A stretch of DNA of 64,000 bases from an uncultured virus (IMG/VR IMGVR_UViG_3300029953_000007) (IMGVR_UViG_3300029953_000007); one strand, 5' to 3'; positions 8,980-19,309 are shown, counted from the stretch's first letter. Translations and numbers: made by a program. Notes: generated by a model not told the origin, from the letters alone.

Positions 8980-10974
8980 GTGGCACGTAAACCTTGTGAG
9001 TTTGATGAGGAAGTTTTTTCAAACTGCTTCATCTGTTGCTGTAAAGTAATAGGTGAAAAAGATAATATAACATTTGAGATAAGTGAGCGTAAGAATCAAC
9101 TTCAAGAGATGTATGATTTCTTTATGTCTAATAAGTATACATTTATAGGTTATAATTGTGGTATGTATGATACTCCAATTATGAATATGATAATACAAAA
9201 CATTTCTTACTTCTTACAAGGTGACTATTCTTTATTAACTAATGCTGCACATAAGCTATCATCTCAGATTGTAAGACATGATGGACAGGCAGCATATGAA
9301 TATGCATTTCTTAACTATTTTAAATATATAGACTTAATGACTATGATGAGCTCTAAGAATCTTAGAACTAGTTTAAAGAGTCTACAAGTAACTATGTGTT
9401 TTAGAAATGTTAAGGAAATGATGATTGATTGGTCTAAACCAATTGAAGTTGATCGTATTGACGATGTTATTAAGTATTGTTTTAATGATATTGATAGTAC
9501 TGCTGAATTGTATCATCTTCTAATAAGTGACATAAAGTTACGAATGGATATTCAAAAGGAATTTAAAATTCGTTGTCTGTCGAAGGATCCTGTAGCAGTA
9601 GGAGTTGCTATCTTTAGTAAGTATATATGTGAAGAGTTAGGTATCTATAATGAGAAGCAACTCTATAGTTATATGGATAATTTCACTACAATACCTGTTA
9701 AGGATTTTATACTTCCTAATATTAAGTTTAAGACAAAACCATTTCAAGATGTTTTAAAAGATTTTAATAATTTAATACTTGATGATAAAGGTCAAACTAA
9801 TATTAAAGAATGGAGTACTACTGCTTTATGTGGAAAATTAAGACATACATTTGGTATTGGTGGGTTACATTCTCAAAATCAACCTAATATTTATAAGAGT
9901 TCTGATAATGGTGAATGGCTTATTCTCGATCTTGATGTAAGTTCAATGTACCCAGCAGTCTGTATAGCATGGGAGTTTGGTCCTAAAGGATTTAAAGAAG
10001 CTTTCTTACACGTAATGTCTAAATTAAGAGATGGTCGTATTGAAGCTAAGAAGAGTGGTAATAAAGTTAAGGATAAGTCAATGAAATTGAGTTTAAACTC
10101 AATATTAGGAAATCTCCGTAATGAATATAGTCCTTATTTTGCACCAGAAGCTAATACAGCTATTTGTGTAAATGGTCAACTATTCTTAGCAATACTTATT
10201 GAAAAACTTGAATTGGCAGGTATAGAAGTCATACAATCTAATACAGATGGTTGTAGTGTATATATACATAAATCTAAAGTCGACACTTATTATAAAATTT
10301 GTAAAGAATGGGAAAAGTTAACTAAGATTGATTTAGAATTTGTAGAATACGAAAAAATGGTAATTACTGGAGTCAATGATTATGTAGCCTATAAGAAAGG
10401 TTACTTCGAAGTTAAAGACAAACTAGTATGGCCTTATCCAACTAATTGGATAGAGTATAATTATACTTTTGTTAAATCTACAGAAGACGCTCTATTAATT
10501 GATAAGTATATTAAAACTAAAGGGTTCTTTATACCATATCTTAGACTTGGTAAAGGCTTAGATAGCTTAATAGTACCCAAGGCTCTTATTGATTACTTTG
10601 GTAAAGGTATACCAATTAAACAGACAATCTTAGGTTGTGATAATATATGGGATTTCATTATATTTCAGAAGGTTGGTAAACAGTACGAAGTAATGCATAA
10701 CCAAGAGTTACAGCAGCATATTAACCGCTTCTATGTCTCAAAAAAAGGAGCTTATCTCTATAAAATTAAGACTAAAGATAAATTCGATGAGAGATCAAAT
10801 AGCACCATAACAGTTAAGAAACCTGAAAGTGTACTTAAAGGTTATGGAGTTACACTATTTAACGAGTATGAAGAAAAACCAATGGTTGATTATAATATAC
10901 AATATGAATACTATATAAGACAAGCAACTGAGATTATAGAAAAGTTAGAACCAAGACAACAGCTATTGTTTTGA
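8980..10974 (+). CDS. polB: Family B DNA polymerase
   Basis: Exonuclease motifs FDEE, GYNCGMYD, YCFND; polymerase motifs DLDVSSMYP, KLSLNSILG, SNTDG. Confidence 0.9.
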   Translation: MARKPCEFDEEVFSNCFICCCKVIGEKDNITFEISERKNQLQEMYDFFMSNKYTFIGYNCGMYDTPIMNMIIQNISYFLQGDYSLLTNAAHKLSSQIVRHDGQAAYEYAFLNYFKYIDLMTMMSSKNLRTSLKSLQVTMCFRNVKEMMIDWSKPIEVDRIDDVIKYCFNDIDSTAELYHLLISDIKLRMDIQKEFKIRCLSKDPVAVGVAIFSKYICEELGIYNEKQLYSYMDNFTTIPVKDFILPNIKFKTKPFQDVLKDFNNLILDDKGQTNIKEWSTTALCGKLRHTFGIGGLHSQNQPNIYKSSDNGEWLILDLDVSSMYPAVCIAWEFGPKGFKEAFLHVMSKLRDGRIEAKKSGNKVKDKSMKLSLNSILGNLRNEYSPYFAPEANTAICVNGQLFLAILIEKLELAGIEVIQSNTDGCSVYIHKSKVDTYYKICKEWEKLTKIDLEFVEYEKMVITGVNDYVAYKKGYFEVKDKLVWPYPTNWIEYNYTFVKSTEDALLIDKYIKTKGFFIPYLRLGKGLDSLIVPKALIDYFGKGIPIKQTILGCDNIWDFIIFQKVGKQYEVMHNQELQQHINRFYVSKKGAYLYKIKTKDKFDERSNSTITVKKPESVLKGYGVTLFNEYEEKPMVDYNIQYEYYIRQATEIIEKLEPRQQLLF

Positions 10975-12188
10975 CAAGAGATGAGCGTCAGGCACTTGGA
11001 ATTGAGAAGTGGAAGAAAGGAGGTGGTAAATGTACCTGTCTCTATCCGACCGGGTACGGAAAAACAACTGTAGCGCTTAAGATTATATCTAGGATATTAA
11101 CACAAAGACCTAATTATAAAGTTTTAGTAGTAGTACCGACAGATTATCTTTTAGGGCAATGGGTGTTACAACTTAATAACTGGAAACTTAGCAGTAATGT
11201 AAAGGTACTTGTAATCAATACAGCAGTTAAGAACGAAAGTATTTATGATCTACTGGTTCTAGACGAAATCCATGGTATGGCAGCTGATACGTTTGTTCAG
11301 ATCTTTGAGAAAGTCAAATATAAGTTACTTTTAGGATTAACTGGAACTATTGACCGTTTAGATGGTAAGGAACAAGTACTGTTGAAGTACGCACCAATTT
11401 GTGATACTATTACTTTAGAAGAAGCCATAAAGAACGGTTGGATTTCTGATTATCAACAATACAAGGTATTTCTTGATGTAGACTTAACAGAATATAATAA
11501 AGAGAATACTAAATTTCTTCACTATTTTAGTTACTTTGGTTTCGACTTTAATGATGCAATGGCTTGTGCAACTAACTGGGAATACCGAGCTAGATGGGCA
11601 AGAGAACATGGAATGGAGAATAAAGATGTGATGATTGCAGGTCTTGGATTTCTACGAGCAATGAAAGCCAGAAAAAGCTTTATCTATGACCACCCTAAGA
11701 AAATAGAGGTTGCAAATCAGATAATAAATGCTCGTAAAGACAAGAAAATCATTACATTTACTAAAACAGTAGAACATGCTCAACAAATTTGTTGTGGTGA
11801 TATCTATCATGGTAAGATAACGAAGAAGAAAAAGGAGAAAATGATGGAAGCTTTTAATGAAGCTCATACTGGCGTACTAAATAGTTGCAAAGCTTTAACG
11901 GTTGGTGCAGACATTAGAGGTGTTAATGTAGCTATTATTCTATCAGGAGACTCTTCATCTATTACTAAACGACAAGCTGTAGGTAGAGCACTTAGGAAGC
12001 AAGATGAACAAATTGCAGAACTTTGGCAACTCATAATTCGGAATACCGTTGATGAGGAATGGTTCCGTAAAAGCTCAGGTGGTTTAAAGTATAAAACTAT
12101 TAATGAAGCACAACTCACTCAATTCTTAGAAACAGGTGAAATAACAGATAAAATACATAAAGAGAAACAATTCTTATTTAGATTTTAA
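10971..12188 (+). CDS. Superfamily 2 DExH helicase
   Basis: PTGYGKT, LDEIH, GLTGT, VGADI, QAVGRALR. Confidence 0.92.
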   Translation: MTRDERQALGIEKWKKGGGKCTCLYPTGYGKTTVALKIISRILTQRPNYKVLVVVPTDYLLGQWVLQLNNWKLSSNVKVLVINTAVKNESIYDLLVLDEIHGMAADTFVQIFEKVKYKLLLGLTGTIDRLDGKEQVLLKYAPICDTITLEEAIKNGWISDYQQYKVFLDVDLTEYNKENTKFLHYFSYFGFDFNDAMACATNWEYRARWAREHGMENKDVMIAGLGFLRAMKARKSFIYDHPKKIEVANQIINARKDKKIITFTKTVEHAQQICCGDIYHGKITKKKKEKMMEAFNEAHTGVLNSCKALTVGADIRGVNVAIILSGDSSSITKRQAVGRALRKQDEQIAELWQLIIRNTVDEEWFRKSSGGLKYKTINEAQLTQFLETGEITDKIHKEKQFLFRF

Positions 12189-12818
12189 ATGAAGTTATCT
12201 ATTGAGTTAGAAAGAAAACTCCTTATAATGAGTAAGTACGGATTAGATGCAGAACAGTGGCTTTTTATAGAGCTATTATTCCTTGCAACTGAAGACGAAC
12301 CGCATCCAGAGTATATGTATAAATACTTTACTGAGTGTGCTAAGAAGAGCTTACCACGAGATACACTCCAAATATTAAAAGATAAGAATATTCTAGCTAA
12401 AAGCTATAAGATTCCTAAAGAGGGTGAAGACTTTGATCTTGAAGCAGTTGAGTGGAATAATACCTTTATTAAGTATTATTTTAAAGAGAGTCAAGAAGCA
12501 GGAAGAGAACTGTGGTATGCATATTGTGACTTTCTACAGAGTTCTACTGACAAATTACTCCCTGCTAAGAACATAACACGCGGAGGGTTCCTTTCACTTG
12601 AAGACTTCTTCTTTGCTTATGGTAAAGCTATTAAAAATGATCCAGAGACTCATAAAAAGGTTATGGAGAGTTTGGAGTGGGCTAAAGAGAATGAATTAAT
12701 CAATTATATGATACCTGAATATGTAATAACTAGAAAGTGGGAAGATCATATAAGAATGATGGAGAGTGGTGAGATTGGTAAGTTTATTGTACGCGTTAAC
12801 ACATTAGAGGATATTTAA
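12189..12818 (+). CDS. Hypothetical replication-module protein (possible initiator or helicase loader)
   Basis: 209-aa ORF coupled to dnaB exon 1; function inferred from position only. Confidence 0.7.
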   Translation: MKLSIELERKLLIMSKYGLDAEQWLFIELLFLATEDEPHPEYMYKYFTECAKKSLPRDTLQILKDKNILAKSYKIPKEGEDFDLEAVEWNNTFIKYYFKESQEAGRELWYAYCDFLQSSTDKLLPAKNITRGGFLSLEDFFFAYGKAIKNDPETHKKVMESLEWAKENELINYMIPEYVITRKWEDHIRMMESGEIGKFIVRVNTLEDI

Positions 12819-12965
12819 TGAGTTTTATAAAACGTATGTACAATATGGTCAAGCGTGGAATACTTGGCCTAAATAAAGGTTTATCAATGGGTTTGCCTCG
12901 TCTTGAGGCTTTAATGGATGGAATACAACGTCAGACATATTCTATAATTTGCGGAGGTACTGGGT
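12818..12965 (+). CDS. dnaB: DnaB-like replicative helicase, exon 1 (not in ORF track)
   Basis: MSFIKRMYNMVKRGILGLNKGLSMGLPRLEALMDGIQRQTYSIICGGTG; joining to 13984 restores Walker A GGTGSGKTT. Confidence 0.9.
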
Positions 12966-12980
12966 TAAATTCAAAATAAA

Positions 12981-13012
12981 TTTGCAAATTCCAATAATTA
13001 TTCGTATCTTTG
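12981..13012 (+). promoter_or_regulatory. Bacteroidota-type housekeeping promoter
   Basis: TTTG-N20-TATCTTTG, 3 nt before ATG 13016. Confidence 0.8.
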
Positions 13013-13015
13013 TCT

Positions 13016-13855
13016 ATGCAAATAGACATAAGTACAGAAAGAAAAGCAGGTGTTTATAAAATAACCTGCAAAAACAATGGTAAAAGATATATTGGTTCTT
13101 CAAAATCAATATATTATAGATTACACAGACATAAGTCAGATCTAAAAAGTAATACACATGACAATAAAAACTTACAGAACTCTTTTAATAAATATGGTGA
13201 AGAATCATTCATTATAGAAATTATGGAGTATTGTGAGGAGGATGAACGTTTTGAAAGAGAACAACACTGGATTAATAAACTTAAACCAGAATTTAACGTA
13301 GTTCAAAATGTTATTGATTGTGAGATCACTGAAGAAATGAAAGTTAAAATATCTGATACTCTCAAAGCTAAATATAAGAGTGGTGAAATTAAGAGAACTG
13401 CGATTACTAAAGTATGGCAGTTTAACTTAGATGGTACAACTTATAAAATTTGGGATGCGGTAACAGATGCAGCTAAGCAATTTGAAGGTAATATATCTAA
13501 TATGGAAAAGAAAATTCATGAAGCTTGTAAACAAGATAGAATTCAATCTTATAAAGGATTTGTCTGGTCTAAAGTTGGTGAGTTTAAAGCACCAAAAAGA
13601 AAGAACATGACTGCTGTATTAGTTAGAGATATTCGTGACAATAGTGCCATAGAAATTGAAAGTAGAGTTGCGTTTGCTAGATATTTTAATTGTAGTGTAT
13701 CAACCTTTGATTACTTTCTTAAAAAGAAGACATTATATCAAGGAGTTTACGAAATAAGTAGGCTCAGTATAAATCCCTCTAATTCGGTGGACGATCTCAA
13801 GGCTGAGACAATACCGAGCCAAGCATCGAAAGATGAAGGTGTAACGACTAGCTGA
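13016..13855 (+). CDS. Intron-encoded GIY-YIG homing endonuclease
   Basis: AGVYKITCKNNGKRYIGSS..R...H; NUMOD-like C-terminal region; 3' end overlaps the intron core. Confidence 0.9.
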   Translation: MQIDISTERKAGVYKITCKNNGKRYIGSSKSIYYRLHRHKSDLKSNTHDNKNLQNSFNKYGEESFIIEIMEYCEEDERFEREQHWINKLKPEFNVVQNVIDCEITEEMKVKISDTLKAKYKSGEIKRTAITKVWQFNLDGTTYKIWDAVTDAAKQFEGNISNMEKKIHEACKQDRIQSYKGFVWSKVGEFKAPKRKNMTAVLVRDIRDNSAIEIESRVAFARYFNCSVSTFDYFLKKKTLYQGVYEISRLSINPSNSVDDLKAETIPSQASKDEGVTTS

Positions 13856-13983
13856 AAAGCGTAGAATCAAGTGATTCGAAACGGGGGACATCGAAAGATG
13901 AAGATATAGTCTGATCTATATAGTGATATATAGTAGTTATAAAATAACAGATAGAAATTAACGAATTCTATTGAACACAAATG

Positions 13984-14912
13984 CTGGTAAAACAACACTA
14001 GCGTTATATAGTTACGTTTATCGTCTAATTGCAGATCATTTAGGTGATATGCGATATAGAGTAGTTTACTACTCTCTTGAAATGACAGGTGAAATATTAA
14101 TGGCAAAAATACTATCTCTACATATCTTTGAGACTTATGGAGTGGAGTTAAGCTATAAGCAGATTATGTCAAGACAGGAAATTTTATCTGATAAACATTT
14201 GGCACTTGTTGAAAGTTGTGAGCCTTGGCTAGAACAGTTTGAGAAGCAACTTCTAATAGTAGACAAGAATGTATCTTCATCAGGTATCTATGCTTCATTA
14301 AGTGAGTACTCTAAGAGCCATGGTACATTTATAGAAGGTGAATACAGTGATGTGTACGAACCGTACATAAAGGATGAACTTGTTCTTATTGTTGTCGATC
14401 ACTTAGGTTTGATTAACTTATTACAGGGTCAGACTAAAAAAGATGCTATGGATTTAACATCAAAATATCTTTTACGATTTAGGAATAAATGCGCTTATTC
14501 ACCTTTAGTTTTACTTCAAATTAATAGAGGTCAAGCTAATATGCTTCGTGTTAAAGAGAGTAGACAGGAAATAGAACTTAGTGATATTAAAGATAGTGGT
14601 GGACCTTCAGAAGACGCAGAAGTTGTTCTTGCAATATTTCATCCTTGGAGAGAGAAGATGACTTCACATAAAGATTATAACATACGTATACTTAAAAATC
14701 ATTATCGAGCAGTTCAAGTACTAAAAGCTAGACTTGGAGAAAGTGATAAAAGTATAGGTCTTAATTTCTTTGGAAGTATTGGACTATGGCGTGAAATGCC
14801 TGAACCAAGGAGTTTACAAGAAAATGATATGGAACAGTTCCTTCACTTACAACCACCAAAGAAAGAAGTAGAAGTTAAACCTACTCCAGTTAATTTTAAA
14901 ATGAGATTTTAA
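13984..14912 (+). CDS. dnaB: DnaB-like replicative helicase, exon 2
   Basis: GKTT, YYSLEM, IVVDHLGL, LLQINR, DIKDSGGPSEDAEVV, LKARLG. Confidence 0.92.
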
Positions 14913-14970
14913 TATAGAGATTAACCTTAAAGACAAGATCGACAAAGTTAATTAAATATGTTAAATGTAA

Positions 14971-15435
14971 ATGAGTGAATTAATCGCTGTAATTGGGCCT
15001 CCAGGAACAGGCAAGTCATCAAGTATTCGTACTCTAGATCCACAAGAAACCTTTATTATAAATGTTGCAAAGAAACCACTTCCAATAAAAGGTTATAAGA
15101 AGAATTATCACTCCTTTACAGTAGATAAGGAAAAAGGTAATCTTTTAAATACTTCTAAAAGTGGTAATATAGTTCAAGTCTTGAAGTATATTGATCAAAA
15201 GCGTCCTGATATTAAACAAGTTATCTTAGATGACGCTGGTTATGTTATGGCCTTTAGTAATATGGATAAGATTAACGATAAAGGCTATGGTCGTTTTACT
15301 GAGATGGCATCTGAATTCTATAATATCTTATCTACAGCATCTGATTTAAGAGAAGATTTAAAGATTTTTGTATTTGGTCATGAAGAGAATGTTGGCGATG
15401 TTTTAAATCCACAAAGAAAGTTCAAGACTATTGGT
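14971..15435 (+). CDS. AAA_24/Sak4-like ATPase, exon 1
   Basis: GPPGTGKSS, VILDD, FVFGHEE; ends KFKTIG. Confidence 0.85.
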
Positions 15436-15577
15436 AAGTAATTGCCTGTATCTATTTAATTCGGTGAAACCTAAGTCCTATGGATATGGCAATACCGAGC
15501 CAAGCAGGGATTAATCCCAGGCGTGTGTGGAGGTCATTCCCTTGACGGGAAGTAGTGAATTTAAATGTTAAAATAAA

Positions 15578-15609
15578 TTTGCAAAACAGTAGATAAATTC
15601 GTATCTTTG
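15578..15609 (+). promoter_or_regulatory. Bacteroidota-type promoter inside the intron core
   Basis: TTTG-N20-TATCTTTG, 4 nt before ATG 15614. Confidence 0.8.
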
Positions 15610-15613
15610 CGTT

Positions 15614-16300
15614 ATGATTAATATCTATACGCTAAGCGATCCCAGAACCAATGAAATCAGATATATCGGTAAAACATCCCGTACGTTAAACCAAAGATTA
15701 ACTAACCACATTTCTGATGCCAGAGTTAAGAGATATAAAAATCACAATTGTAATTGGATTCAATCTTTACTCAAATTAGATTTATTCCCTAAAATAGAAC
15801 TTCTCGATTCTATAGAGAGTACAGATGATTGGGAATGGTTAGAAAGTTACTGGATAGCTCAATTTAGAGCTTGGGGATTCAGACTTACCAATCTAACTAA
15901 TGGTGGAGATGGCAATAAAGGACAAGTTTTCTCAGCAGAAAGTATTGAAAAAAGAGCTGCTGCTAACAGAGGACAAAAGAGAACTGATGAATTTAAAGAG
16001 AGACATTCTAAATTACTAAAAGGTATACCTAAATCAGATACAGCTAAAGCTAATATAAGAGCTGTAGTAGTAAAGAATCAAGGTAGAAAGGTAGTACAAT
16101 TAGATTTAAAAACTTTAGAGTTTATAAAAGAGTGGGAATGTATTATAGATCCTGCTAGATTTTATAGTGTTGACTCAAGTTCTTTAATGAGATGTTGCCA
16201 AGGGAAATTTAAAAAGTCTGCCGGTTATAAATGGATGTATTTGGAGGATTATAACGAATTTAAAGATATGACCCATACCAGTGGAAACACTGGAGAATAA
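15614..16300 (+). CDS. Intron-encoded GIY-YIG homing endonuclease
   Basis: NIYTLSDPRTNEIRYIGKT..L.QRL..H, LTNLTNGGDG, C-terminal SAGYKW (NUMOD1-like). Confidence 0.9.
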   Translation: MINIYTLSDPRTNEIRYIGKTSRTLNQRLTNHISDARVKRYKNHNCNWIQSLLKLDLFPKIELLDSIESTDDWEWLESYWIAQFRAWGFRLTNLTNGGDGNKGQVFSAESIEKRAAANRGQKRTDEFKERHSKLLKGIPKSDTAKANIRAVVVKNQGRKVVQLDLKTLEFIKEWECIIDPARFYSVDSSSLMRCCQGKFKKSAGYKWMYLEDYNEFKDMTHTSGNTGE

Positions 16301-16341
16301 GTGTGTTGACGACACCAAGAAAAGCTTATTCAAAAATTATG

Positions 16342-16560
16342 AAATTACTAGATAATGCGATCAGTATTGAAGGTTTGTTTACTTATGTGTTCTTTACTAA
16401 AATAGTACGTGAGGAAGATTCTGATAAGGTAGGTTATTATTTTGAAACTCAAAATGACGGTACTACTACTGCAAAAACTCCTATGGATTGTTTTAAAGAT
16501 CAGTTAATACCAAATGATCTACAATTTGTTGTAGATGCTATAAACGCTTATAACGAATAA
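16342..16560 (+). CDS. AAA_24/Sak4-like ATPase, exon 2
   Basis: KLLDNAISIEGLFTYVFF...FETQNDGTTTAKTPMDCF...IPNDL. Confidence 0.85.
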   Translation, partial: KLLDNAISIEGLFTYVFFTKIVREEDSDKVGYYFETQNDGTTTAKTPMDCFKDQLIPNDLQFVVDAINAYNE

Positions 16561-17127
16561 ATGATAAAAATAAGTTTTAATTTTGATCCTGAGACGAACG
16601 CTGTCTCAGAAGTTAGTGTAAATGGTGCTACTGAACAAGTAGAGAAACCAAAAGAAAAGAAGGCTTCTAAACCTCGAAAGAAGAAAGAAGCTTTAGTGAC
16701 AGATAAAGTAACATATAATGGTGCATCATTACAACTTAATGAAGAAGTCTTAGGGCTTATGGGTTTAATTGTTGGTGATCGTGTATGTGTACGTTTTAAT
16801 CCAGAACCTGTGTTACTTAATCCACTTGTAGCTAAAGAACCAAAAGGTGGTAATTTAATTACGAAAGGTTTAACTGTATCAGTTAAAGGTAAGAACAGTG
16901 AACAGCTTGGAGCTCCGGGAGCTGAGTTTAAATATAAACTTAAATCAGAAGGATACTTACAACTTATAAGGCAAGAAGTTGAAAATACTGATGAACAAGA
17001 TTACAATGAGTATGTAGATAGTAAAGCCACTTTAAAAGATGAAACAATTGGAGATTTAGATGACGATGACTTTCTTGCTGATATAGAAGAAGGTGAAGAG
17101 ATTAATTTTGAACTCGATATTGATTAA
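16561..17127 (+). CDS. Hypothetical protein with acidic tail
   Basis: 188 aa, D/E-rich C-terminus. Confidence 0.75.
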   Translation: MIKISFNFDPETNAVSEVSVNGATEQVEKPKEKKASKPRKKKEALVTDKVTYNGASLQLNEEVLGLMGLIVGDRVCVRFNPEPVLLNPLVAKEPKGGNLITKGLTVSVKGKNSEQLGAPGAEFKYKLKSEGYLQLIRQEVENTDEQDYNEYVDSKATLKDETIGDLDDDDFLADIEEGEEINFELDID

Positions 17128-17139
17128 TTAAGTAGAAGT

Positions 17140-17826
17140 ATGAAAATGACATTAGGTGGAAACACCCAATCTAAACAAGGTGGACAATTAACTCCAGGTA
17201 TTCATGATGTAAGGTTTGTTAGTTTAACTAACGAAACTATTGAAAAGAAAGATAAATCAGCGTCATTCGACGTTATAAAGATAAAATTTGAAGGCGTAGG
17301 CGACTTAGCTGGTAAGACTTATGAGCATACAGTATTTGAACCAAAACCAGGTGATGATGAACGTAAAGATAATACCTTTGGTGGTAAGAATCCTTCTAAT
17401 GCTGAAGAAACAGGTCATCTATTCTCTCACTTAATTGAAGCTGTAGCAGCACAAACTGCACAAGAAATAGCTAAGAAAGGTAAAGTCAATCTTGATGGTT
17501 GGAAGAATATCAAAGCGTTTATGCTTAAAGCTACTGCGAAGTCAGCAGGTGTACAAACTCAAATTAAACTTGTACCAAATAAAGATGGTAAAGGTGTATT
17601 CCCATCATTTGTACTTGGTCTTCGTAAAGAAGCTGATGAAGAAGGTAATGATACATTTCCTCGTACTAATTTTATTGGTAAGGATTTAACTTTTACTGCT
17701 AAAGAACTTGAAAAGATCAATAATCAAGCTACAGCTAAACCAACTGATATGGCAAAACAAAAAGCAACTCAGAACGCTAAATCTAACCTTGATGTTGATG
17801 ATGATTTAGATTTAGACTTAGTTTAG
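17140..17826 (+). CDS. Putative single-stranded DNA-binding protein
   Basis: LTPGIHDVRF start and acidic tail DVDDDLDLDLV; lies between the Sak4-like ATPase and primase (inference). Confidence 0.55.
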   Translation: MKMTLGGNTQSKQGGQLTPGIHDVRFVSLTNETIEKKDKSASFDVIKIKFEGVGDLAGKTYEHTVFEPKPGDDERKDNTFGGKNPSNAEETGHLFSHLIEAVAAQTAQEIAKKGKVNLDGWKNIKAFMLKATAKSAGVQTQIKLVPNKDGKGVFPSFVLGLRKEADEEGNDTFPRTNFIGKDLTFTAKELEKINNQATAKPTDMAKQKATQNAKSNLDVDDDLDLDLV

Positions 17827-17836
17827 TGTATCTTTG
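17805..17836 (+). promoter_or_regulatory. Bacteroidota-type promoter for primase
   Basis: TTTA-N20-TATCTTTG, 7 nt before ATG 17844. Confidence 0.6.
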
Positions 17837-17843
17837 CAGTTAA

Positions 17844-18872
17844 ATGCAAATAAGTATTAGTTCACCTCGTATTACCAAACAATTTTTATTAGATAAGTTA
17901 AAAGAAGAAGAAGTTATGAGTTTCTATCTTGGGATAATCCCAGATAGAAACCTTCATATAAACCCACTTCGAGAAGATAAACATCCTACCGCTTCGTTTT
18001 ATCGAGCAGCAAATAAGGAACTTATTTTCAAAGATTGGAGTAATGGCTTTCATGGAAACTTTATAGATATTGTAATGGAGAAATATAAGGTTAGTTATGG
18101 TAAAGCTATTAATATCATTTCTCATGACTTTAATATTGAGAAGAAACGTGGTTTTACTACAAATGAACCAGCAATTCAATATGATGGGTCTATTATAAAT
18201 AATAAAACTTATACAATAATACAAGCTGAAATACAAGATTTTAGAGAAGAACAACTTCAATGGTGGTTACAATTTGGTATAACTAAATCTACACTCGATA
18301 AGTTTAATGTTCACTCTATTAAATCTGTATTTCTTAATGGTAATTATCTCTATTCATCTACAATTAAAAGTCCTATTTATGGTTATTATTTTGGTAAAGA
18401 AGAAGGTCGTGAATTATGGAAAATGTACTTTCCAATTAGAAAACACTATCGGTTCTTATTAAATACTAATAAACTTCAAGGAGCTAAACAACTTCCTAAA
18501 ATAGGTAATATAGTTGTTATAACTAAATCGTTGAAAGATGTAATGTCTTTTTATGAACTAGGAATACCAGCAGTTGCTCCACAAGCTGAATCTATTATTA
18601 TCTCCACCAAACAATATGTAGCTCTTACTAAAAGGTTTAAGTACATTATAGTCAACTATGACTGGGATAGAAGTGGTCAACGTTCAATGATAGAATATAG
18701 AAAGAAGTTTGGTTTAGAATGTTTGTCATTTACCAATAAGAAGGAATTTGCTAAAGACATTTCAGATTTTATAAAGAAAAAAGGAATAGATAAAGCAAAA
18801 GAACTTATTGAAGAATTAAAGTATAAATTATTAAGTGATAAACACGATACAACAGACGAAGCCCCTTTCTAA
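17844..18872 (+). CDS. DNA primase (TOPRIM)
   Basis: NPLREDKHPTASF..FKDW (degenerate Zn-binding-like domain); ITKSLKDVM and NYDWDRSG TOPRIM motifs. Confidence 0.85.
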   Translation: MQISISSPRITKQFLLDKLKEEEVMSFYLGIIPDRNLHINPLREDKHPTASFYRAANKELIFKDWSNGFHGNFIDIVMEKYKVSYGKAINIISHDFNIEKKRGFTTNEPAIQYDGSIINNKTYTIIQAEIQDFREEQLQWWLQFGITKSTLDKFNVHSIKSVFLNGNYLYSSTIKSPIYGYYFGKEEGRELWKMYFPIRKHYRFLLNTNKLQGAKQLPKIGNIVVITKSLKDVMSFYELGIPAVAPQAESIIISTKQYVALTKRFKYIIVNYDWDRSGQRSMIEYRKKFGLECLSFTNKKEFAKDISDFIKKKGIDKAKELIEELKYKLLSDKHDTTDEAPF

Positions 18873-19284
18873 AGCTATATGGATGCCAGGTAATACTCCG
18901 TCTTTAAAAAACTCCAAACAGATAACTAAGAGTGGTTTTATAATTGCTTCAAAACAATGTAAAGAATACTATGAAAATACTCAGATGGAGTGGATTGATA
19001 AACGTGAGTATTTTGAAACTTTGTTTACTGGTTCAAAACCTTGGCATATAGGACTCTATTTTATACGTAAATCAAAACATAAATTCGATGAGATTAATGC
19101 TGCACAAATAATTTTTGATCAGATGATTAAGTATGAATGGATTGACGATGATAATGCTGATGAAATAAGACCTGTATTTTTAGGTTATCATTATGATAAG
19201 TTAAATCCAGGAACCTTTATAATTAATGCAGAGAGTGTTAAAGAAGAATATGAAAAATTAAAATTACAAATTAAGAGAGACTAA
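18835..19284 (+). CDS. RusA-like Holliday junction resolvase
   Basis: PGNTPSLKN...KFDEIN...IFDQM...WIDDDN. Confidence 0.65.
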   Translation: MINTIQQTKPLSKAIWMPGNTPSLKNSKQITKSGFIIASKQCKEYYENTQMEWIDKREYFETLFTGSKPWHIGLYFIRKSKHKFDEINAAQIIFDQMIKYEWIDDDNADEIRPVFLGYHYDKLNPGTFIINAESVKEEYEKLKLQIKRD

Positions 19285-19298
19285 ATAGTCTCTCTTTT
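19273..19298 (+). terminator. Intrinsic terminator
   Basis: AAGAGAGACT-AAAT-AGTCTCTCTT followed by TT. Confidence 0.75.
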
Positions 19299-19309
19299 CA
19301 TTTAAAATT

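Larger units (their letters stand above)
12966..13983 (+). mobile_element. Group I intron (IA-like) in dnaB
   Basis: Exon ends in U and intron ends in G; core AATTCGGTG, AATACCGAGCCAAG, GTAACGACTA (13841-50), AAGATATAGTC (13901-11); splice is in frame. Confidence 0.93.
15436..16341 (+). mobile_element. Group I intron in the AAA ATPase gene (variant P7)
   Basis: P1 GGU/GCC with U-G pair; AATTCGGTGAA, AATACCGAGCCAAG; P7 GAGGTCA/TGACCC; P9 CCAGTG-GAAA-CACTGG; terminal G; splice gives KTIG-KLLD in frame. Confidence 0.88.
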
